A stretch of 61,102 nucleotides of DNA, counting the filler. It is 12 parts of 12 records of this genome, joined end to end, with 100 filler letters (N's around TTAATTAATTAA, not from the genome) between each part and the next. Parts side by side here need not be neighbours in the genome. Positions count along the whole stretch, not along the records: positions 45,314 to 48,500 come from SRR7504441_13079; positions 48,601 to 52,124 come from SRR7504441_13080; positions 52,225 to 61,102 come from SRR7504441_13088; 9 more parts are not named here. One strand, 5' to 3'. A model generated the notes under the pieces. It had not been told where the DNA came from. It saw nothing but the letters and a program-made list of their open reading frames with translations, and searched no databases. Within the stretch, counting starts at the first letter, position 1. The number at the start of each line of letters is the position of its first letter. A program made the translations under genes and the position numbers. Positions 45,619-55,357 of the stretch are shown in pieces.

Positions 45619-46857
45619 TTAGTTCCACATGAATTTACAGGCTATCGCAACATGATCGGATGGATAGCGCATTCCCGGGATGCCATCGGGTAAGGTGCTC
45701 TGAAATTCAGGTGGCTCCCAAACTTCGCTCACTTTGAGCTGATCAGCAGAGTAGTAAATGAAATCTATATAGTCCATGTAGGCTCCCTTTGGGATCCCTG
45801 GTATGACCTCCCTCTCCACTCCACTGCACCAAGTGGCAGTGAAGTCCTGCGCAGTGTATTGAGGTACTGTATCCTTATACGCCGACACCAGCCCGCATTC
45901 CTTCTCCACCATCGCACACACTGCACCTGGCGGCTCATTCCAATCTCCACACAGCACGATGGGCACATCAGAATCGACCTCCCGCGCTAGCCGCTCCAGC
46001 AATATGCCCATCTCCTGCGCCCTGTGCTGCCCCCTGTGACCCCCCATTGTGAGGTGACACACAGCGACACACAGCAGCCTGCCGCTCCGATGTTCCCGCA
46101 GCACCACTCCCGCCACCACCTTACTGCCACTGCCCAGCCTACCGGAAATGTCCTTCTCTTGACTGAACCGGCCCGTATCATAGAAGACAGCGCAGCCGTC
46201 GTTGACATCCTCAGTCCCCGCTGGGAAGAAATTCCTGCACGGAGAGCAAGGCTTCTCGGCCCGTACAAACCCTTCGAATCCGAGCCGTCGCATCTCTGGC
46301 ACCCAAAACCGCTCGTGATAGTTCTCCTCGCATAGGCACACAATCCCGGGCTCGGCCCTTTGGATCTCCTGCAGCAGCAGCGGGGCCCTGTGCGACCAGC
46401 GCACCGCCTGGGGCCGGTCGCCGAACTGATCATCTCCCAATCCGCAGGCTAGCACGTTCCAGCTCATCACGGTCAGCTCCTCCGCGGGGCCAGAGTCGAC
46501 CAGGCGCACCCACTGCCGCTCCAGAAGCGTAGCTCCCAGCGACAGGTCAGCCCGGGAGTCGGGCGGGTCAGGCTGAACCACTGCGCTGGCCAGCCTGAGC
46601 TGCAAGTACCGCGGCCCGAGGTACTTGCCGTCCAGCTCGCGCACAGCTCGGGCCGCGGCCTCGGGCGAGCTGAGCAGCGCGCTGGCCTCACCGGTCGGTC
46701 TGCCGGCGCTATCCGTCCCCATCCCCAGGTCCTGCAACTCGAACCCGGCGAAGAAGCCGGCGAGGTCGGCGCGGGTGGCCTGGAACGGGAGACCCCGCAG
46801 CAGTACGAGCCGGGCGGCCGAGTCTGGGGGGCCGGCGCTCACATTCGACCCCGACAT
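45619..46857 (-). CDS. hnRNP F/H-type RRM fused to a nocturnin/CCR4-like EEP phosphoesterase
   Basis: RRM: VLLRGLPFQAT..FFAG..GRPTGEA..LGPRYLQL. EEP: MSWNVLA, CLCEE, KPCSPC..DGCAVFY, CHL, CGDWN, IDFIYY, YPSDH. Likely ATG at 46857; the ORF extension upstream of it overlaps the opposite-strand gene. Confidence 0.88.
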   Translation of the reverse strand: MSGSNVSAGPPDSAARLVLLRGLPFQATRADLAGFFAGFELQDLGMGTDSAGRPTGEASALLSSPEAAARAVRELDGKYLGPRYLQLRLASAVVQPDPPDSRADLSLGATLLERQWVRLVDSGPAEELTVMSWNVLACGLGDDQFGDRPQAVRWSHRAPLLLQEIQRAEPGIVCLCEENYHERFWVPEMRRLGFEGFVRAEKPCSPCRNFFPAGTEDVNDGCAVFYDTGRFSQEKDISGRLGSGSKVVAGVVLREHRSGRLLCVAVCHLTMGGHRGQHRAQEMGILLERLAREVDSDVPIVLCGDWNEPPGAVCAMVEKECGLVSAYKDTVPQYTAQDFTATWCSGVEREVIPGIPKGAYMDYIDFIYYSADQLKVSEVWEPPEFQSTLPDGIPGMRYPSDHVAIACKFMWN

Positions 46858-46983
46858 GCACTTTGGACGGCGGGCAGCTGCAGGCCCCGGGGGGAAGTCT
46901 CTCGCGGCGGGACGCGGTGCTCCAAAGCCGAAAGAAGCTTTCCCGCGCCGGCCGGCGGTGCAGCTGCAGCAGCGGGCGGTGGG

Positions 46984-47652
46984 ATGGAACAGACCCGGGC
47001 TGCGCACGACGGGTACGTGGGCCCGCGATGCCGGGCGATGGCCGGGGAGTGCGAGTGGCCCGACGACGGCGAGTGGCCGATGGACCTGTTCGTGGAGCTG
47101 ACGGAGGCCTCGCGGATCGTGGTGATGCAGCGGGCGTTTGGGACGGGGCTGCCGGACGTGGAGGAGGACACGCTGATGTCGATGGGGACAGAGGGTCGGG
47201 AGCTGGAGGAGATCGTTGTGCAGATGGCCCCGCTGCTGCTGGAGGTGTCGAGGGTCGTGCTGGTGGCCGAGCCGGGCGATTTGGCCCGCTGGGCGACCAG
47301 GTTCCAACAGCTGGCCTTGGAGACAAATGTTGAGCAAGGCAGCATCGTGACCAACGTGCTGGCCATAGGCAAAGGGGTGGTAGAGTCGGCTGTGCGCAGG
47401 GCGAGCCCGGATGTTCCTGTGCACGCCTTTGTGGATGGGGAGTGTGTTGAGCTGACCGGCGCGGAGATGAGCAGTGCGGTCGAGGCGGGCAAGCCCGGCT
47501 ACATGCTGTATGCGCTGCTGTTACCCGAGCAACGGATTATAGACGTGCCGTTCGAGGCCATGACGAGCGAGCCACAGCTTGAGATAGACGATATTGTGTC
47601 GGTCAAGGTTGCGACGCAAGTGTGTGCTCCGTGTGGCCCCATCGCACAATGA
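46984..47652 (+). CDS. Acidic hypothetical protein (start at 46984 or 47038)
   Basis: ORF with protein-like composition followed by an AT-rich 3' region; no recognised motif. Confidence 0.6.
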   Translation: MEQTRAAHDGYVGPRCRAMAGECEWPDDGEWPMDLFVELTEASRIVVMQRAFGTGLPDVEEDTLMSMGTEGRELEEIVVQMAPLLLEVSRVVLVAEPGDLARWATRFQQLALETNVEQGSIVTNVLAIGKGVVESAVRRASPDVPVHAFVDGECVELTGAEMSSAVEAGKPGYMLYALLLPEQRIIDVPFEAMTSEPQLEIDDIVSVKVATQVCAPCGPIAQ

Positions 47653-47928
47653 ATCTAAAAAGCAGCACACCTGTTGTGATAGACCCCGGCGTTATTGGGC
47701 GATTAACTGCATCAAAATGTTGAGTTTTCCAGATGTAGCGTTGTCATGTTAGCGTTAATAGTACGTACTCGTAACGTCGTTACAGCCAGCCAGCTTCCGT
47801 TATCAATTAAAATGAAGTTATTTCTGATTTTTATGAAACCTCTCTAACTATCTCTATAACGGCGGTTCAGCTCTGACTTTTCTTTTAGTTTCTCACTAGT
47901 ACTTATAGTGGACAAGTAGCCTCTCACA

Positions 47929-48500
47929 TCACCTTTCTCTCGCAGGTCTAGCACTTAGCAGTTGGGAATCAGAGGGATGCGTGCCCCTAGCTGGCCCGGC
48001 TTCCGCTGATAGCCTCCATACCCGACCGGTTCCTGCCCCCCCTGTCAGCGCCCTGCAGCCTAGTTTGGCCCCCACCCCTCGGTATGGCCAGGCCTCGAGG
48101 TGTTGGCTCTCGCAAGTGTCGACGTACTGTCGGACCCTGGCATGACCCTCCTCCAGTCGCTCCCGCCGGAGCATTTCTAGGTCCCAAGCGCCCGACGCAA
48201 TGCTAACCTTATGCTGCGCCTCAATCAGCTGCCACGCCCAAAATCAGCCTGGGGCCGTTCCACAGGCTTTACCATGTGATTCAGGTTTTTGTCGATCAGC
48301 TCGCGCTTTGGGCTCTGACGCCTCGCAATCGCCAGCGCTGTAAGCGACTCCGGGTGCTTGCCTGCCCACACTGTCATCCCTATGCTAATCGGACAGTTAC
48401 CTGTCTCCAACAGCACCATGCCCAAGTTGTTATGTGCCTCGCCGTAATCGCCACCTCGGATTCGGATCGCCTTCTCGAAAGCTGTGATCGCATCAGGGTA
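47929..48500 (-). CDS. TPR-repeat protein, C-terminal part (5'-truncated, spliced)
   Basis: YPDAITAFEKAIRIRGGDYGEAHNNLGMVLLET|GKHPESLTALAIARRQSP..KNL; two GT-AG introns of about 39 and 44 nt join it to ORF 47929-48174. Confidence 0.7.
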
Positions 48501-48600
48501 NNNNNNNNNNNNNNNNNNNNNNNNNNNNNNNNNNNNNNNNNNNNTTAATTAATTAANNNNNNNNNNNNNNNNNNNNNNNNNNNNNNNNNNNNNNNNNNNN
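48501..48600. other. Artificial contig spacer
   Basis: Same 100-bp linker. Confidence 0.99.
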
Positions 48601-48756
48601 CTCAAAATAAACTGCGTTAAAGGGTTAATCATGTCAGCCTCTGTGCTGACAAGGGTATAAGGATACCCGCGAGTTTTAATATATAATTAATATTGGGTAA
48701 ATATTGGGTGATCGGGTGATGGTTAAATTGTACTTACACGACACGACACATCAATG

Positions 48757-50926
48757 TTACACCCCAATTCTACAGCTTCTTGTTGGCCTCCTCCGTGGAG
48801 CAATCAATGTTGGACCGGTCGGGATCGCCTCGACCGCCTCTTGCACTGCCGGGCTCAGCATCGGCTTCTTGCTCGCTCGGCTGATCGCCTGCCTCCAAAG
48901 TTGCACTTATTAGTACAATTGATACTTACCCTCTTGGCTGGTTCCTCGATCGGAAAGCTTTTGTTAAACGTCGCGATCGCTTGAAGTTCCCTATTCACCT
49001 TCTTGGGCTTCTTGGCATTCTTGGTCGGCTTGGCCCTGGCGTAGCTCTCGTCTGGCGATGGAAACTTCCACTTGTCCTCTTCCACGCTGTGCTGCCCTCA
49101 ACCGCGCTCCAGCAAGGCCGCACCTCGCTGGCTCCGGCTCAAGCTCCGGCTCTGACTCTGACACAGGCTCTGCTTCAGGCTCCAGCTTCGGCTCTGACCC
49201 TGACTCAGGATCGGGCTCTGGCTCTGGTTCTGGCTCTGGCTCCGGCTCCATTTGGTGGCTCTTGCGCTTGTTGCGGCTGTTTGCTTGCTGCAGCTCCAGC
49301 TTGTGCTGCTGCTGAATGCACTTGATCCGGGCCTCGTACATCTCTTCAATCTCTGTGCGCTCGCGCTCCAGCCGCTCGCGGTACTGCCGCTCAGTATGCG
49401 CCAAGCGGGCAGCCATCTGTGCTGCCACTTCGTCGCGTATCTCCAGCTCCATACTGGCCGAATGGCTGTGTGTGGCCTATCAACAGATCATTCCCTTATT
49501 AGGGCGACAACATACAATCAGTTCGCTCTTCAGCTCCTCGATCTCCTGCCACAGCTCCTCAATCAGCTGCACCTGCACCAAGGGCTCAGTCACTCTCAGC
49601 CACGCATCACCTGCGCCGCGCAGTCCGTCTCCGAGTTGGACCCCCGCCCCCGCAGCCCTGCCGCCCAACTTGCCGCCTGGCAGCCATCCCAAAACCCACC
49701 GCTGCGCGAGTCAACCTTTGGCGTGAGCTGGATCTGCTGTGCTATCGATGCGTACCGGAGCGCGTGACATGTCTCGTCAAGGTCAGCTGGACGTGGATTG
49801 ACATTCACTACCATCCCCACCTGTGATGGATGCTCATGGTCGATTCCAGCCCTATGACTCGCCTGTCCGTTCCCTGCTAGCAGCTCCTGGAATAGCCGGG
49901 TGATCTTGCAATTGCGAAAAGGAACCATTTTGGGGTTGTGTGGGTGGGCTTGATTCCAACGGAGGGCCTCAAAGCACTGACCAAGTGCCATGAGTGAATT
50001 GTTGATCTTGGCTGCCTCCTTGAGCTTAGCCCCCTGGTTATTGGTCCGGCCAGCCCGCTCGGAGCCCGCAAGGTCGACTAGTGAGAGCCGCACGCTCCCC
50101 TGCTCCCGGGCCAGCTTAATCGAGAACACGGCGTGGCTGCGGGAGGAGGTCTGGTTCAGACTAGTGTCGGCCGTCTGCCGCTTTTGTTGGCCCATCGCAA
50201 GCACGGCCACCCCCTCCTGCGCGGAGCTTACCTGAACCTCCCTCAAACCCTGAACAGTCATCTTGCCGGCCAGATCCGGGAGCAGCTTGAGGTCCGGCCG
50301 CTGCTTCTTCTGCTCGGACAACAGGTCATGAACCTGACACTACCGCTTAAATATCCCTTACGGTCAGCACACCTTCTCGTTGTAGATCTCGAGGTACGAG
50401 ACCATCACTGCCCCCGACCACTCTTTCTCAAACACCCACTCGAGCGTGCGCGCGGTCAGCCCGGGGTCAACTGCGGTGCCCTGCATCGTGTACGACTTCC
50501 CCGCGTTGGTGATTCCATACGCCATCAGCAGGGCATCCTCGCCCCGGTCGAGCGCAGTGTTCAGCAAAGGTGCGGCCGCCTGCTCGAACAGCGCCCGCTG
50601 GCTCGTCTCCGGCCCAAACACCTTGGTGAAGCTGAACTTGTCGCCCGATGGCATGAGACCGATCGTCTGCTCATCCGTTACCTGGATGCACGAGATCCCG
50701 TCCTCCGCTTCTATCGGCCGGATCCGCAGGTGAACCTATATCCCAGCCATCAGCATCGTTTCGGCCTGGTCCGGGCCCGGGGGACGTCTTGGGCGCGCTA
50801 CCTGCAGCGAACGGTCCGGACCAGGCCTCCGAGGTGTGCTGGCGGGTGATTCGACCGTGCAGCGCGGCGTCGACAGCCTGCCAGCCGCTCAGGCACCGCA
50901 GATTCGACAGCCTGCCTGCCCTCCAT
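48757..50926 (-). CDS. Kinesin-6 family (KIF20/KIF23/MKLP-like) motor protein, multi-exon
   Basis: VHLRIRP; P-loop [15 protein letters not shown] (kinesin-6 type); [32 protein letters not shown]; stalk [11 protein letters not shown]-repeat tail. Confidence 0.88.
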
Positions 50927-51029
50927 TTTTGATTTGTACTTTTTTAACGTACAAACTTAAGCTGACCCCGTGCCTAGGCAGATTACCACCTAACCCTAAA
51001 GTTTCGGTAATTTATTTAAGTTATTTTTA

Positions 51030-51080
51030 ACCATCCCAACGGACATCAACGGACATCCCAACGACATTCGAACGACATTC
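51030..51080 (+). repeat. Degenerate ~10-12-bp tandem array
   Basis: catcccaacgga-catcaacgga-catcccaacga-cattcgaacga-cattc. Confidence 0.8.
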
Positions 51081-51222
51081 TATTCACAAAAAAAGTTTCA
51101 TGCAAATCGAACAATTATTCAGTGAGATCCCGGAGGTGTGCTGAGAGGCGCCCTAGAGGCTGCCTGACAGGCTGTAATTTTCTTTTCTTTTTAATTTCTC
51201 AAAGTAAAATCGCTCAGGCCGT

Positions 51223-52083
51223 ATGACTGCTCACAGGGCTCCTGCGTACGCCTGGCAGCAAAAAAAAGTGCGTGCGACCTGTAGTCAGGCCAGGGCTTTC
51301 GGATTATGGCTGCCGTTAGGCATTAAAGGTGCTCTAGAGTTATGGCGTCTGGCCGGATGGCTAGGCAGGCCCGGCTGGGATAGGCCCGGCTGGATTAGAT
51401 TGGAGGTCCTTCAAATAAGTAGGCCAGCGGAAGTCGGAGTTGGCGGTGGCAGTTCGGACAGTTCTGGGCTTGCTGGGGCTGCTGTGACAGCCCAATCTGG
51501 GGCTGGTGGTGCCCTAGATGCCGGCGCCGAGGCGCCGAGAGAGCCGATGCAGCCACAGGGTGCTGTGGTGGCAGTGGCGCAGGCTGGATCTGCAGTTGGG
51601 GCTGCTGGCGTGGCGGGGTTGGCAGCCACAGTGAGTCGGATGGATGCAGAGCGGGTGCAGTTGGTGGCCCAATTGGTCCAGTCAGCTGCAGAGAATGCAA
51701 GGCTGCAGCGCAAGGTGGACAGCGCTGCTGCAGGCCGGCGAGAGGCCGAGAAAAAGGCGAAGGAAATGAAGACGGTGTGTTCGGAGTACAAGCGGGCGCT
51801 GCATCAGCGCACGGAGGCTCGACAGAATGCACCGAGAGAGGCTATGAGCATGCTGAGCGCTCTGGCTGAGGGAGTCTTCACAAGGAGGGCCATGCGAGCC
51901 GTTTGCGAGGATCGTGAGGGTCTTCAATATGACAGATTTGCCGGATGTGACACTTTGATCTCCTGCCGGATGCGGTTTGTGCTCTCTGACAGATCGGTCT
52001 GGCGGACAAGGGGACGGTCGGACCATTTGGCACAGCACAGGCAGAGAGAGAGAGAAGCAATCAGACCCCTGGCTGACTATTAG
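51223..52083 (+). CDS. Possible orphan coiled-coil protein (start uncertain)
   Basis: 286-codon ORF; only MDAERVQLVAQLVQSAAENARLQRK..EYKRALH looks convincingly protein-like. Confidence 0.35.
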   Translation: MTAHRAPAYAWQQKKVRATCSQARAFGLWLPLGIKGALELWRLAGWLGRPGWDRPGWIRLEVLQISRPAEVGVGGGSSDSSGLAGAAVTAQSGAGGALDAGAEAPREPMQPQGAVVAVAQAGSAVGAAGVAGLAATVSRMDAERVQLVAQLVQSAAENARLQRKVDSAAAGRREAEKKAKEMKTVCSEYKRALHQRTEARQNAPREAMSMLSALAEGVFTRRAMRAVCEDREGLQYDRFAGCDTLISCRMRFVLSDRSVWRTRGRSDHLAQHRQREREAIRPLADY

Positions 52084-52124
52084 CTTTGCAAGACACTATA
52101 GCTAGATAGGTAGCTAGCGTCTTC

Positions 52125-52224
52125 NNNNNNNNNNNNNNNNNNNNNNNNNNNNNNNNNNNNNNNNNNNNTTAATTAATTAANNNNNNNNNNNNNNNNNNNN
52201 NNNNNNNNNNNNNNNNNNNNNNNN
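52125..52224. other. Artificial contig spacer
   Basis: Same 100-bp linker. Confidence 0.99.
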
Positions 52225-52367
52225 CTTTATGGACCTAACCCTAACCTTTAGGCGTTGATCACGCCACCCTCGTTATAGTTATGTAATTGAACGCTTGTTG
52301 AATTAAAATAATAAATTACATTACGCAGCCCTTTTCTAGTACGCAGCATTTTTCTAGGCTCTCGGCT

Positions 52368-55083
52368 CTATTCGCGGTTGAGAGCGGCCTGCCCCCCGTT
52401 AGCACGCGCCGGGCCGGCTGTTACCTTGACCGCAGGGTGCCAGTTGTTCCAGTCCACCACCCGATAAGGGGTGGCCGTGGCGGTCCTGTTGTACACCCTG
52501 TCGAAGTAGACGTGCTGCCAGGACGGGGCGGCCAGCCGGCCCTTGACCAGCGGCTTATCATCGATCAACAGGTCGCCTTGCACGTACGTCTTGTCCCGTG
52601 TGACCACCAGCCGGTCTATCCAGCCCGGCCCGAGGTGCGCCTCCACCCAGCTATACTTCTCGGCAGCCACCCGCCCGGGCGCCACCGGATGTGGGGCGGT
52701 CACCAGCTGCACGTGGCAGCCGTGCACGTTCACCATCGCCCTGAGCGCCTCGATTGCACCGTCAAACGGCTCGAGCTGCTCGTAGAACCCGACTGTGTCC
52801 ACTACGTTCAGGATCTCCTGCCGGCGGGCTGGCGCGAAGTTGGCTTCGATCTCGAACGAGGCTCGGTTTGTGACCAGCTGCTCGTCGCCAGGCTGGGCGG
52901 CCCCGCTCTGATTGAGCACCTTGATGAATTGCTTGTCCCAGTCGACTATGCAGTTGTCCATGTCCACCAGAATCGTCTTGCCGCTCAGCTGCGGGTCGGC
53001 CTCGCTCGGGGTGTCCGGCTCTGCCGACTCCTCGGCTACGATCTCGTCCAGGATCCTGCGATAGTTGGCCGCCATTCGGTCGTATCCAAACTGCCTGAGC
53101 GTGCGCTGCCTGCCCGCCCGGCCCATCCGCCTGCAGAGCTCTTCGTCCATGTAAAGCCTGTGGATCGAGTCCGAGAGCGCCACGTGGTCGGCCGGCGGGA
53201 TGAGCAGTCCCTCCACCTCGTGGTCGATCGCCTCAGGTATGCCGTCGATCTTGGAAGCCACCACCGGCTTCTCGAAAGCAAGTGCCTCAGAGATCACCAG
53301 CGGGAGCACTTCGTTCAACGAAGGCACCACCACCACGTCGGCCGCCAGGTAGTACCGGAGCACATTCTTCTGGATGTCCATCATGGTCACGTGCGCCTGG
53401 CCCAGCGTCTGCTCGGTGCACTCCTCGAACCGCGCGTGTGTGCAGTTGGCTTGCTCGAGCGTCGATCGAATCTGTTCGATGTATTTGATCTCGTGCTCCC
53501 GGATGTAACGCGCACCGACCATCAGGCACTTGACGTTGGTCAGCTCGAGCTCATTCCTTAGCCGGGCGATCGCCTGCGCAGTGTAGACCTGGGCCTTCCG
53601 TGCGCAGATGGTACCCAGGTGCAGCACAAGGAAATCGTCCTCGCTGTATCCAAGCTCCTTCCGGACCGCCACGCGCGAAGTCGACTCGCGGAACTCGTTC
53701 AGCGCCCCGAGCGGGATTCCGTTATAGACAGTCTCCCCGTGCGACGGCGGGAAGAGCCCGGTGTAGATAGACATTTGGATATTGGACGGGAAGACGATTC
53801 TGTTGCACACGGCGAACGCTTGTTTGATCAGTGCCTCGTCCAGGTGCTTCATCATGAAGACCTCCTTGGCGTAGTACTCGAACTGGTCCTGCGGCCACGC
53901 CTCGTGGATCACCCAAGCGCACGCGAGCCCCATCCGCGCGGCCAGGCACACAACGTCGCACCGCATGATCGTATTGCACAGCAGCACCTGCTCGGGCTCA
54001 GCCTGTTGGCAGGTTGGGCGGCGCCTTGATCTCGAGCTCGTTCAGCCGGGCCTCCAGCGCGTCCATGAACTTATCATGATCGGTTGGGTCCATTATGTGC
54101 ACCGGCACGCCTGCCCCGACTCACTGCCCGCGCTTGGGCTTAGGGTCACCGAGCTCCTCAAAGTCTGCGCGCATCGGGCCCTCTTTGGGGCTGATCAGGA
54201 TGAACTCCTGCTCGGGCAGCAGCCGTTGCACCACGTACAGCACAAAGTTGTTGGCCCCGTTCCGCTCAAGACTGTGTGAGAATGCCGCGCCTGCCACTGG
54301 CTCGCGCCCGGCCGTGTTGGCGCTCACAGCATGGGCGAGCCGGCTTGGAGGCCAGCGAGGCCAGCTGCCGGTACTCGGCGAGCTTCTTCGGAATGTACCT
54401 GGCCCCGGCTGGCCACTGGTTGGGTCGGGCGGCCGACCGCGTGTCAAAGTTCTCGTCGTGAAGCACCTCGAGCAAACTCTCGACCAGCGGGTCCGGCAGC
54501 CCGTCGGTGATCCTAGCCAGCGTGCCCACGGCCTCCAGGCACTTGGAGTCCTCCGCGCTCACAATCCCTGCCCGGCGGCTCGGGGCGCCGAGGGAGCAGG
54601 CCCACCCTGGTTGCGCAGCCGGGCATTCAGTTCGGAGCTCACGGAGGTGCTCAGGTCGAGCAGCTGCGGCACCCGCTCGGACTTGTCGGCCACCTGCCGC
54701 CCGCTCCACCCCGCCCCGCGCTTCGGCCCACCGAGCGGGGCGACATGCCCTGCATCCGCCGCTGCTGCTTCAGGTTCCACACCTGCACCCGACGCTCGCG
54801 CCCTCTCGGCCCGGCCGGCACCCGCCAGGCCGCGTTCTCCAGCCGGCGGCCCTGCTCGACGTTGTCCTTCATCTTGGTGTACACCCGCCAGGATTCTACG
54901 ATGGCCGTGTCGTCGTGCAGCCGGAAGAACTCCAGGTGCTGCTGGAAGTCCTGCTCGTCCTCGGTGGCATCTATGAAAAACCCGAGGTCTTCCACGTCCC
55001 CAGCCAGCGCGGCCAGGTTCTTGGTGGACAGCGTGCTGCCGCCCCAACCGCTCGGCTAGCCCCAGCCGGGCCACACACCGCAT
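52368..55083 (-). CDS. Tri-domain protein: DUF1752-like motif, GT4 (GT-B) glycosyltransferase and NT5C-type HAD phosphatase (about 9 exons; start uncertain, 55083-55246)
   Basis: N-terminal SWRVYTKMKDNVEQGRRLENAAWR|VW. GT4: FSHSLERNGAN..CNT..WVIHE..VYNGIP..GTICARKAQ..ADVVVVPSLNEVLPLVISEALAFEKPVVASKIDGIPE. HAD: ILVDMDNC..LVTAP..EKYSWV..TRDKT..LLIDDKP..FDRVYN. Eight introns of 37-43 nt restore one reading frame. Confidence 0.88.
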
Positions 55084-55303
55084 CTGGGACAAGCTGCGGG
55101 TGCGGACCTCATCTGGACCATCCGGTGAGCCGACGGCAATTGCGGACTGGTGGCCGGCGGATGGGCGGAATTGCGGCCGGGGCAAGGGTTGGACTAGCCT
55201 CGGGGCCACCTTGGTTGAGAGACGATCTACTGTCGGAGCGATTCATCGGTCTGCGTCTCGGGAAGGCGGACACGTCACGATGCCCGAGGCAACTGTGCTT
55301 AAG

Positions 55304-55357
55304 CGTGAGCTTCCGTTGTGTTCAGTTGTGTTAACGTTGAACAACGGAAAGCTCACG
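55304..55357. repeat. Imperfect inverted repeat (16-17 bp arms)
   Basis: CGTGAGCTTCCGTTGT ... ACAACGGAAAGCTCACG with a single-base bulge. Confidence 0.8.

Noticed and set aside
46858-47424. 190-aa N-terminal extension of the RRM-EEP ORF
   Set aside because: It starts at a non-ATG codon, has shadow-like composition and overlaps the plus-strand gene 46984-47652.
49130-49250. GGCTCT/GGCTCC hexamer array as a DNA satellite
   Set aside because: It encodes the PEPEPE low-complexity tail of the kinesin-6 gene.
10554-52224. Regularly recurring TTAATTAATTAA as a biological repeat or CRISPR-like array
   Set aside because: It is always centred in exactly 44+44 N and has stops in six frames, so it is a concatenation linker. 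ORFs ending in XXX..LIN and any synteny across it are artefacts.
50989-52246. CCTAACCCTAA at 50989 and 52234 as telomere or telo-box
   Set aside because: Only about two units each, too short to call a telomere, and function cannot be supported.
1253-54447. Apparent frameshifts or premature stops suggesting pseudogenes or an alternative genetic code
   Set aside because: Nearly all are resolved by short spliceosomal introns, and TAA, TAG and TGA each end recognisable genes.
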